Assembly: GCA_951406725.2 (NCBI GenBank) | Contig: OX597819.1 | Coordinates: 116,560,001 to 116,624,000 of the forward strand | Reading direction: 5' to 3' | Length of the DNA stretch: 64,000 nt | Source: Octopus vulgaris | Taxonomy: Eukaryota | Shown here: piece by piece, positions 52,001 to 64,000 of the stretch | Layout of the letters: each line of letters begins with the position of its first letter | Position numbering within the stretch: the first letter of the stretch is position 1 | Notes under the pieces: model-generated | What the model was told of the DNA's origin: nothing | Seen by the model: only the letters and a program-made list of their open reading frames with translations | Databases searched by the model: none | Position numbers and translations under genes: made by a program

Positions 52001-53209
52001 GATAGATGCTTCTGGGGGAAGAATAGCGTGTCCATTTAAGCACATCTTTCTCCCCAAAATGGAGGATTTTCCTGGGGTGAAAAGCACTTGGATAAACTAC
52101 TATATTCCTGACAATATTTCACTAAATGCGACGCCAGCTTTCGCATACATTGCTGTTCGAGCAGAAGCGTAGATTTCGGAAGCCTATCTCAAAATATTGC
52201 GCAGTGTTGCTTCCAAAAATCTATAACAGTACTACAATCAATAAAATCTACGTTGACCCACGCACTTGTCTCATATTTTTTGTATATCGCTTATTAAAAA
52301 AAATTAATCGGAATATTTTTACATGAAAAATCTTAGAGATAGCAAACTCATCTTGTTTATAATGCAGTATTCCTCTTTTCACTACAACAGAGTCTTGAGA
52401 ATCCTTCGTCTCGAATAGTTCAGATAGTTTATGTATGTAACAAAACATTTTCTATATAACTTTATAATGTTTATTATTATTCACGTTTGATATGCATTAA
52501 CATACTTTTTGCCGAATTCATTCCATTTGGAGTTACCATAGTTTTTTCATTATGCACTCTTATTTTCATTTGGAAAGTGTGATGTTTAATGTTATTCTAT
52601 TCTCTCTGGAAATTTAAACTTCAATATCTTTTATGAACAACTTCAATCTGTTAAGAACAACTTGGAGAACAGGATATTTTACAGTTATATTTGGGCTTCT
52701 TTTAATAAACAGGTTGTTATCCAACGGCCGTCTACGGGTGCTTTTCAACAACAAACATTTAAATATTACAAATGAAAATAATCTGAGCTGTTTATTTATA
52801 TTAGCATTATTCCATTTAAATTTGTGTTCATTTATGAACACAAATACTTTTATTTTTGGTTGGAACATTACTTCACAAGAGTGCTTGAAATAAAGAAAAC
52901 AATATTAAGTGTACAATTATAAAATTAACTTATACAAATTAGCTCTTCTTTTAATTATATGAATACATTTTTTGCAATTATATCGAAGATAATTTTGTGT
53001 CCGACACTTAGTAAGATGCTTCAGTGAAATTGAAAATTAACAGGCAGAGTGCGATGATACAAATGATACATAAATATATTTACGTACGTTCAATACGGAA
53101 ACCACTTCAAAATATAATCAAATCACACAAACATACACACACATACATATAAATACATAGTGCTTGCATTCACACGCGCACGCACGCACACACACAGACA
53201 CACACAAGT

Positions 53210-53240
<31 letters not shown>

Positions 53241-54323
53241 AATATATCGTTTTTGTATGTTTGTATTATATATATATATATATATCATTAATAATAAAGG
53301 GTAAAATTAATTGATTAATAATTAATAATTTTACCAAGTAGTTCGGTATGTTAAAAGAGAGGTTCTTTTATATATATATATAAAGGTTATATAAAGGTTA
53401 AAATGTTCTTTTATATATATATATGCACACATTATCCAGAGAAGTATTTCGTATAGACAAGCGTAAACAGTAGTACAAAATTGTGTTTCACATGTAACCC
53501 GAAGCGAAGCCGAAGGTGATATAAGGAAAAATGTTCAAAAATAGAAAACGCTTTAAATGCCCATTACAAAATATATCGCATGCATTCGATCATTCGAAAT
53601 ATACACTACTACGTCATTTTCAAGCCATAAGTCTTTGATTAAAGTTCTATTGGCTTCCATGTTCTACTAGGGTGGGCGAATAAGTAAGTACTCATTCGTC
53701 CTATATTTGAAACACTGGAGCATAAATGTTGTTCTTTAAGAACAACATTTAAATCGAAAATTCAAATGCATTAAGACAGAGATCGTGTAGAGGAACTTAC
53801 GAATAGTACTTCATAAAAACATAATGCTGTCCTTCCATATGCATAAATATTAATTTAAACTGCGATATATTAACTCTAGATGAACATCAATTTATCTTCA
53901 TCTTTCATAAATCATATCAACATCATTAGCAGCTTCCACGAACAGCGTATATCAAACTTATGCAGCAACATTCACAGCAGGTTATACTTTTGCACAGTCA
54001 TGTATTTCTCCATAACTCCATTAGCTTAGAGCAGAACCAACTATATAATGCCTGCATGCGTTGCGCATATTAGTAATACTAATCTATTTAAAGAATATAC
54101 GGCTGTGTGTTTCAGCATTTATCGGTTCCATGCAGAGATGCGTGGTGGACATTTTGCGACAATGTCATGAAAATGACCAGCTGCATATCGAAAATAGTAT
54201 TTGATCTCGTTTGTTAGATATAGGAGACATTAGTCATACACGACACAAATACGCACGCACACACATACACGCATACATACACACACAAACACGCATATAT
54301 ACATGTAGTTATATGTATGCATG

Positions 54324-54366
<43 letters not shown>

Positions 54367-57258
54367 GTATATCGATCCATCTAACGCTCTGCCTGACTCT
54401 CTGCCCACCTCATATATATACACATATATACATATATATATACACCATGCTGAAAATTCTATATATCAATATCTTTCATAGAATCAACCATCTTACAAAT
54501 AAAAAGGTGAACCACTCGTCAACGTGAGTATAAATCATTTATGTAATTCACTGCTTTTCAGAATCAGCAGTGAACTAGATGCAACACATATTTATTACCA
54601 TTTTATATAAGGAAGCTTAGTTCTGCTCCTCTGAAACCAAGTCAGATTTATAATAGTTTCAACTAGTCCAAAGATTTTACTCCACCATTATATTGTATTA
54701 AAGTTTATGTATTACTGTATCTCATACTGACTCAAAACATGCCTCTTCCTCACACTGTCCACTTGCGTCCGACAGTTGCTATATCACTATATATCAGAGA
54801 TGAATAACTGATTGAACTATTTGTAGGAAAGTGTACACAAAGATTGCATGTATACTGCAGCACCTGGCATCATATTACAGATAGCGTTAAAAGACGTTCA
54901 ATTTTTAATGATGAATTTGCTGGCTTCTTGGCTGAAATAACATAGCGTTAGACTATATATTTTTTAATATTTATTGATTATTGCAGAAAGGATAAGTAAT
55001 ATAACATGGGTCAACATAATTAAATATATGCTGTTGACTGATTGCAAAATTAATCGACTACATTATCTTCAGTCGCAGTGAGATGAAATGTCATCCATAC
55101 TTTTCATGAAAAGTGTATTTAAGAGCAGTCATTATTCTACATTTTCTCAAATTACTCGTAAAAATCAAACTGTAGCAACGCCACCTAAAAATGCTAACTA
55201 CAAAGCCCTGCCTATTCGTACAAAATATCTTTCTTCAGCTTAAATCTCTTAAGGTGAGATTATCACACGCCATATAAAATCATTGCTTTGTAAATAAAAA
55301 TCATATTTATATTCAGAGCTTTATCTTTATCCAACATATTATCATGGGCAAAATAATGGATATTTTTTTTGTGTGGTCTTCCCTTATAACATGAGTTATA
55401 AAATAATACTATTAAAAATCCCTTGACTGAAGTCTGGCAAATAACCGTTATCGTCAAATATGTTTCGGTAATGTTTTTTGTTGTTATTCTTATTGTCTGA
55501 CTTGTACGGCAACACACTGTAATCTAATGTACTATATATTGAATTCAGGCGATAAAACACTCACTCATTTCATTTCCTAGCTACACTGAACGCAGAAACT
55601 AGATAAAATGTTGTGTCATTCAATTTTAAATCTTCAGGATATAATTTCGTAAGGATGTGCGTGTAATTTCTTTCAGGTCGACATAACAGATAATTTCAAT
55701 TATGGCAAGTTTTAGTGAATTTAAATACTGCTGTGCGTCATATTTAACATTAGAAATCCGGAATGAACAGAATATTAGCTCAATTATTTATATTAGTGCA
55801 TGCTTTTTCAGAAAGCAATGGAGGCTACTCCGGATGTATTTCGTCCTAGATCTCACCGTGTGTACTAAAACTGTTATATTACTGTCATCCCAGTAAAAGT
55901 TATTTAGCATAATTTAACAGTAAAACAAAAAGAATAATTACAGAGAGACACCCATCGCATAAAGATCGAGAGTTAATTAGCAATAAATATATTTATTGCA
56001 GAGCGTCAAAAAGTCTCCAGTGAGTTGAGATTAGAAGAATGTTAGCACAACAACCTAAATATATTTGAAGCATTTCAGCAAGTAAGAGGAAATAATCCAG
56101 GAGATTATCTGGGTTTCGTTGCAAAAGAGCTACATTTCTTAATTTGGTCATTTTATTTTCTGAGCCCTAGTACTACTAATGTCGTTTATCCGATTTTGAA
56201 GACATATAAACGACCGCCATCAGAATTATTTAACTGGTCAGGATAGCGGTCAGTTACAGTATTCAAGTTCAGACGTTTTGTGAAGAAGACTAGAGTCTAT
56301 TACATGACACTAGTACTTGAGTGGTACTTTATTGTATTCGAAGAGATGAAAAGCAAAGTGGTCCTGGGTGGGATTTGAACCCAGATAGTAAAAGGATGGA
56401 AAAAGCGACGCTTATCAGTTTCTCTGATGCGCTAACAATTCTACGAACTCGCCGTCTTTAGCTTTGTGACACTATACTATTCATATAACTTCTATTATGA
56501 CTGCTATACATTATTGTAGGACCCTGAATAATTTACTGTTATTATCAAATGCTGAAGTTTTCATAAACACTGCAGTGTATGTTTTAAAAGTATTTTGCAA
56601 TATCTATAACAGGGGGATCAAATATATAGGCAGATCTTCGTTGATTCATTACAAATATTTAATATTTACAAACTGTATCGTTTATTTCAATCGACTTTTT
56701 ATTGTCAGTGTAACTAAAAATCAAGAGGACCAAACAGTAGCCCCGGTCAATAAATACAAACTTCAGACCTGAAGTAATGTTATTTTCGCACCTGAATTGA
56801 ACGACCACAAACTTTTGACTCTAATATAACATATAGAAAATATATACCTTCTAACATAGTTTCTGAATTAAATCAATATAAGATTTAGAAGTGAAGTAAA
56901 ATAAAAAGGAAGTGAAAAGGATGTTAAAACAACACAGCTATGAAACAACTTGTAGAAATAAGAAAACAGAAAAAAATATGATAAAAAGGGGAAAACAACT
57001 AAAAAATCTTAGAATTACTTAAAACTTCAGAACCACATTTACATCCAATATATGGTACGGCAATCTGCCAAAAGATATATAAAAACCAAAATGTCTCACC
57101 ATCACTAAAATACAAATGTAAAGTGATTGTCTGTTGGTATAACTCCAGGCTAAAATTTAAGCACGAAGTTTACTCGGTGCAGAATTGACAATAATTCTTC
57201 AGACCTCGGGGATATTACTTGTATGTCTTGTTCTCTTGTCATATTTCATCTTAGGTTC

Positions 57259-57261
<3 letters not shown>

Positions 57262-57312
<51 letters not shown>

Positions 57313-57372
57313 TATTTATATATATATATATGTTATATATATATATATATATATATATAAATATGTGTATAT

Positions 57373-57416
<44 letters not shown>

Positions 57417-57551
57417 TATATATGTTATATATATGTTATATATATATATATAAATATGTGTGTGTGTATCAATATATTTACATATATATATATATATATT
57501 AATCAATATAGGGTAGCAAAAAATTCAATAGAAACCATTCCTCAATTGTTG

Positions 57552-57612
<61 letters not shown>
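57262..57612. repeat. (TA)n-rich microsatellite block
   Basis: Directly visible. Confidence 0.95.
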
Positions 57613-57613
<1 letters not shown>

Positions 57614-58119
57614 GCGTGTGCTGATGCGTGTGCATATGAATATATTAACACGTATTTATATATCTGTATGTCAATGCTTATCTATATATTCATATTTATG
57701 TGATTGTATATGTCTTTTGTCTATGTGTTATATATGTCAATATATATGACGGAAGGAATAATATGTTTGTGTGTAGAATTGGATAGATGCTTGTGTATGT
57801 AATTATATGCACGTACATATACGTATATTTAATACATCTTTTCCTACTAGATAATTCCCTAAATGTAAAAAGCACAAATGTACGAAAACTTTGTAATGAA
57901 ATTTTTGGAGTTGATGTTTACATTAGCTTTTAAAGTTTCCAACTCATTTATTTATTTCTTTTGGCAGAGCCAACTTTTAAAACGAAAGCACAATTCATGC
58001 CTGGGTAAAGGAATATATTTACATACAAAATATTAAAAATATATACACTTTGTTACCCAATAAAAAATAAACTCACACACACACATATTTGTTTTATAGA
58101 TAATCGTAATTGTAACTGT

Positions 58120-58120
58120 G

Positions 58121-58197
<77 letters not shown>

Positions 58198-58315
58198 CTT
58201 CTCTACTATAGGCACAAGGTCTGAAATTTGGGGGAGGGGACTATTTGATATTAACAATAACAACAATAACAACAATAACAACAACAACAACAGCAACAGC
58301 AATAGCAACAACAGC

Positions 58316-58402
<87 letters not shown>
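58120..58402. repeat. (AAT)n/(AAC)n microsatellite with an embedded SINE A tail-B fragment (58197-58250)
   Basis: Directly visible; GGCACAAGGTCTGAAATTTGGGGGAGGGG matches the SINE A tail-B. Confidence 0.9.
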
Positions 58403-58408
<6 letters not shown>

Positions 58409-61400
58409 TAGACGAAACAATAACACCAATTATAAACAACATAAACCTAGCCGTCACGGAACTAATAGCCACTGAAACAAAAAGTGATATCACTGAGATA
58501 AATGACTTAATATACGCAGCAACCACTGCAGCCACAAAAGAAGCTGGAAACTCACTCAAACCCATCCAAACAGGAGTACCACCACTCAAACAAACCCTGT
58601 GGATAAATAACATCCAAAACAAAATACAAAAAATGAGAAAAGATCTGTCGATTCTTAATGAAATCAGCAAACAATCAACGCAACTGAGCAACAAAAAGAA
58701 AACAAAAATACTCCGCAAATATAACATCACAGAAAAAGATTTACCTGAGATAAAAGAAAAGCTGAAGCAAGATATCCTTGCCAAAGCACAAAGGATCCGC
58801 CGGTACGAGAAACGCTAGCGCTTCTTTGAACAAAACAAAAAGTTCAACTCCAACCCCAAAAAGTTCTACCAAGAACTTGGCAAAAATAGAATAGAAGTCA
58901 CTGCAGCACCAACGGCAGAATAATTGGAAGAATTCTAGAGAGAAATATGGTCGGCGAACGAACAACCAAAAAAAAAGGAGTATCAAAATAACAAACTCGG
59001 CATCCGAACAACTTTGGACCCCCATAATAACTGAAGAGGTTACCCAGGCACTGCAAAGACTAAGCAACTGGAAGGCACCTGGGCATGACAAGATCCCCAA
59101 CTTCTGATGGAAATATCTAACAGGAATGCACAAATAGCTGGCTGAAAACTTTAACAACATACTAGCAGAGCCAGAGACAATGCCTGAATGGCTCACGAAG
59201 GGGAAAACCATATTAATTCCCAAATCAAACGAGACAGCAAAACCAGAAAACTACAGACCAATAACCTGCCTCCTTACAATGTTCAAGACATTTACTGCAG
59301 TGATATCGCAAAGATTGAACAAGCACCTGGACGAAAACAAACTGTTCCCAGAAGAGCAGAAAGGATGCCGCAAAGGCTCATATGGCTGTAAAGATCAACT
59401 AATGATTAATAAAGCCATAACTGAAGACAGCCACAGAAAGAAGAAATGCCTCAGTATGGCCTGGATTGACTACAAAAAGGCGTTTGATAGCATCCCCCAC
59501 ACATGGATCCTCGAAACACTAGCCATTAACAAAGTAGCACCAACAATCATAAAATTCATAGAGCACTCTATGAATAAATGGCAAACAGTCCTACACCTCC
59601 AAACAAAAGAGGGACTCATGAAAACCAAAGACATCCCCATTAGAAGAGGAATATTTCAGGGAGACACGCTCTCTCCACTCCTTTTCTGCTTGGCACTGTC
59701 ACCTCTATCTGATATACTAAATAGAACTGGATGCGAATATAAATGTTACGGCAAAACGATCAGCCACCTTTTATATATGGATGACCTAAAACTATACGCT
59801 GCAAATGACAAACAGCTGGAAACACTATTAAAGATAGTTCATGGATTTACCAAAGAAATAGATATGAAATTTGGATTAGAAAAATGTGTCAAAGTAACCA
59901 TGAAAAGAGGAAAACTAGTTAAGAGTAGCAACATCACACTAGATAAAACCAATGAAATAAAAGAATTAGACCAAAGCCAAACTTACAAATACTTAGGAAT
60001 CCATGAACTAGATAAGACACAACACACACAAATGAAAGAGAAAATAAAAACGAATATTATAGACGAGTTAGATCAATACTAAAAACAGAGCTCAATGCTA
60101 AAAACAAGATAATAGGTATTAACACTTTAGCTGTCCCAGTTATAAGTTACAGCTACAATATCCTTAACTGGACACGAAATGAACTGAGCAAAATAGATAG
60201 GAAAACAAGAAAAATAATGACAGGATCTAGGATGCATCACCCAAAATCTGACATAGAAAGACTATATATACAACGTATAGAAGGTGGTAGAGGCCTTATA
60301 CAACTGGAAAACTACTATAAAATAACCACCATAGGACTGCAAAAATATCTACTTCAGAAGGAAGGAAAACTGATACAAATAGCGGCAAAACACGAGCAAA
60401 ACAAAAAACTGTTCTCAGTATTTAAGGAAGCTGACAAATACAAACAAGAAATCATACCACCTAATAAATATGAAGAAGAAGAAGAAGAAGAAGAAGATGA
60501 AGAAACAACAAAATCTATAAAACAAATGAAATCCGAACTAAAAATAGAACAGCAACGAACCATGATAAAACGATGGCAAGAAAAGCCCCTTCATGGTAAA
60601 TACTGGACTAAACTAAACGCAAAAGAAATAGACAAAGAAAAATCCCAGCAATGGTTGAGAAGCTCAGGACTCAAAGCAGAAACAGAGGGATTTTTAATTG
60701 CAGCACAAGACCAAAGCCTCCCCACCAGAAATTACCAAAAACATATAATGAAAAGAAATATAACAAGTAACTGCAGAATATGTGGAGATGGACAAGAAAC
60801 AATAAATCATATTATCTCTAGCTGCCCAATCCTGGCTAAGAAGAAATATATTCACAGACATGACAGAGTTGGAACCTACATACATTGGAAGCTATGCCAA
60901 CATTATGGAATAACAACAGAAAAAAGATGGTATAGGCACACACCAGAAAAGGTCACAGAAAACGAGAAAGCAACCATACTCTAGGATATGCCGATACACA
61001 CAGATAGAGAAATTAAGGCCAACAGGCCAGATATAGTTGTCAGAGATCATGAAGAAAAAAAATGTTTTCTAATTGATGTATCAATACCGGCAAATGACAA
61101 CGTGTCTCTAAAAGAAATGGAGAAACTCTCAAAATACAATGACCTGGAAATAGAGGTAACTAGAATGTGGAATCTGAAAACAGAAACAATTCCTATCATA
61201 GTAGGTGCATTAGGCACGATAAAAAAATATTCAGTCAAATACATAACAAAAACACCAGGACTTACAAACACTTATATCATACAGAAAATTGCACTTCTAG
61301 GCACTGCACACATCCTACGCAGAACACTTTCCATACAATAACCATCAGAGCATCACAACAAATCACAACACATACCTTAGGCACACAGAGCTGCGCTCGG

Positions 61401-61440
61401 TAGTGAAGTGAAAGCACGCTATAAAAATAAAACTACTGAA
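58403..61440 (+). mobile_element. 5'-truncated R4/Dong-clade non-LTR retrotransposon (RT + CCHC + RLE endonuclease), disrupted
   Basis: RT motifs NYRPITCL, EQKG, WIDYKKAFDS, GIFQGDTLSPLLF and LYMDD; CRICGDGQETINHIISSC; RHD; RPDIVV..LIDV..KLSKY. Several stops (e.g. 58816, 60982) and a frameshift near 60050; flanked by (TAA)n on both sides. Confidence 0.93.
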
Positions 61441-61544
61441 TAATAATAATCATAATAATAATAATAGCTACGCTATTATTTAAACATTTTAAGTTTTATA
61501 TATACATTCGGCCACACGCTGGAATTTGTTGAGATTACCTGCTT

Positions 61545-61547
<3 letters not shown>

Positions 61548-61594
<47 letters not shown>
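61548..61594. repeat. (CT)n microsatellite
   Basis: Directly visible. Confidence 0.95.
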
Positions 61595-61597
<3 letters not shown>

Positions 61598-62879
61598 CAT
61601 TCTTCCAATGGGTTCTCGGTGCTGCTGAAATCATTCAAACGCTGACATGGTCACTTAACAGCTCCCACCAAAAATGTGTAAGTTTTTTCTTGTAATTTCT
61701 GTTTGCTAACACTTTGAGATGGTTACGTTTAAAGAATTTTATATCTTAAATACGATGGAGTGTTTATAGATAGAATACTATAGCTTCTTATAGAAAGAAT
61801 ATGACAGCTTCTTAAAACTGTGTGATGTTGTTTATAAACTTCGATATCTTAATTATGATAATCCCAATGTTTACGATACTCTTAAAATCCCCGCCCACGA
61901 GCCCTTAATCGACTCTCACTATGTCAACTAGCATTCCAATCAAACAGCCTGTATTAGTAGTCACCAACCAACACCTACATTTCACGCCGCAGCATCAGCA
62001 GCAGCTAAACCGACAGTCGTAAATCTGCCATCATTTGGTGTCTAAAGAAATCAGGGGAGAAATATTAAGACTCCTAGGTCTTACAGTAATAATATAATAA
62101 TAGCAATAGTTGTGAAACTGTAGTAGTGCACTAGTAAATACCATAGGACTTATAGTAGTAATACATAAATTATAATAATGAACACGAATGATTTAACTCA
62201 AAATGATTTGAAAAGTTATAGTTGTGAAACCGTCGAGTCGCTGGCAACTCCACTGATCTTGCTTGGTGAGCAAAGTGTATTTTCGACACCCTGAAAAACC
62301 GTAATGGGCAGAGAAACAGAAAAGAGTCAATGGCCATTCCGAAAGCGGGCAGACAGTTCTGGTGAGTCTTGGTTGGCAGTCTGTCTAGAAGAATGTCTCT
62401 GATTTAAAAACTGAGGTATATAGGACGCCTTAGTCACAATGGTGACAATCTGTTCCCTGACAATCAAGCCCGGCTTCTTCACAAAACCAACAGGAGAAAA
62501 GTGGGAAAAGGAGACGGAAACTCCAAAAAAATGAAACTAATATTACAGGAATCATATATCCTAGGTTTTGAGATCCTGTCTGGGATGGTGTCATGAGAAG
62601 TAAAAATACTAGTTGTTGTGCAACCTAAAATTCACTGCCCCTTACCATGAGTGCTGAAATGTCAAATAAAAATAAAAATGAGAACTGCGTGAATGAGGCT
62701 GGAACACCTTGTGAAGACACTCAAAGCGGAGAGTGGAGAGCATTATTAGTAGGTTTTGAGAATAGCTGAGGGGATTATTAGAGATCACCGAAGGAAAATT
62801 CCTAACTAGAAAACGTCTGCCCCAGATGGGTTTCAGGGCTTTTGGCTTAGAAACGTCACAGTTCTGCACTGGAGAATTC

Positions 62880-63345
62880 CGAGACAGCTAGGTAAAATAC
62901 TAAATAGTGACGTTCGAGTACCGGTCTGGATGACAAAAAGAAGAATTTATTTACTGAGAGATGTGTGTGGAAAACAAACTATTGTATTATGGAGAAATTT
63001 AACGGATTGTTGAACATGTCACTAGTCGTTTTGTGCAGTTGTGCTTCATCACAAACATCGAAACCGCCTTTCAGTGCCCATGTTGAACTGGCATCAGTAA
63101 ACAGTAAATTTCTTGATGAGCGCAAGTCTTTATCAAGCAGAACAAGTTGATATGAAGCACAGAAAGCAACGTTCATTGAAATATCGTTATACAAAACTAT
63201 ATTTAACAGGTGCATTTATATTCAGACATGGAAAAGTTTCACTCCCGAAAATATCCTGTCTCGAGGGAAAACATCTTATAGAAAATATGCGTAAAAATAT
63301 ATCCCAGGGTTTTGTATGACATCGCCGAAACGTTGGACATGTATT
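62880..63345 (+). pseudogene. Decayed Penelope-like element 3' end (GIY-YIG endonuclease remnant and degenerate hammerhead)
   Basis: Translation CVWKTNYCIMEKFN..SKPPFSAHV..DERKSLS..IEISLYKTIFNR loosely parallels the PLE GIY-YIG pattern (YIGxT..ERxxEH..SAxxxH..EAIEI..NRD); followed by GCCGAAACGTT at 63325. Confidence 0.4.
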
Positions 63346-64000
63346 TCCGTTTGTTTACCATTTGTTACCTACAAATGCCTAACCTGTCTTCACTGATAAG
63401 AACAGCTGTTCTTATATTTAAACATTAAGTATCAAATTTTCTGTTGCTTTGTCGAGCTAGAATTGATTAAAGAGACATGCATTAAGTACAGTCGCATTTT
63501 CAGCCCATCATATATCATATAAAGCTGAAGACTCGCCAGTTTGTTACAATCAAGTCTGCGTACAAAAGATGGGTATTCATTCCTTGTGAATGTGCAACGA
63601 GTCAAGATACGTATCAGATTCATCAGTTTTACTGCCTACATGGACGTTAAATGAAATAAACCACTAAAAGCTACGTTAAATTGTATGTTTATTAAAACGA
63701 AACAGCTTCCATTTTAAACTCTCTCTCGCTCACACACCACACACCCACAATCTTCAAAGACATAGGCATGTATATAAAAATATATACCATTTTGTGCTTG
63801 ATGTGTTAAGATGATTTGAGAGAATTCACTTTAGGTGAAGAATCATCTGTTTGATTTTTGATTAGCAGAACACAAATACGTATTTGTAGCTTATGAATAG
63901 CTTCGTTCAAAATGCAACCCCTATTTAGTTCACTATACTCACCCATTTTTATATGATAAATGAATTATTCAACGTTGCAACTCCATGACATCTCGCGTGA

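Overview
AT-rich eukaryotic genomic DNA, intergenic or deep intronic. I found no supportable host protein-coding exon. The very dense (TA)n/(CA)n/(TAA)n microsatellites and the tRNA-derived SINE families suggest a coleoid cephalopod, probably Octopus; this is inference from repeat content. The window is almost entirely repeats. It holds at least five SINE families and a young 5'-truncated R4/Dong-type RLE LINE in a (TAA)n tract (58.4-61.4 kb). It also holds decayed CR1-like, CRE-like, Tx1-like and Penelope-like retroelements, an internally deleted mariner, and a broken piggyBac. Nearly all ORF-track entries are microsatellite artefacts. The most interesting signals are RNA-structural. (i) A ~256-bp non-coding insertion flanked by a target-site duplication (TSD) at 50959-51214 carries a complete type I hammerhead ribozyme with a compensatory U3:A8 core and Schistosoma-type tertiary-contact loops at the tip of a long rod, i.e. 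a retrozyme-like element. (ii) Three long inverted repeats cluster at 19.9-22.4 kb, and two carry mirrored hammerhead motifs. (iii) One SINE family forms modular head-to-tail multimers with an invariant hairpin junction. (iv) A perfect 94-bp duplication brackets a (TA)n-bounded cassette. All folds and alignments were done by eye.
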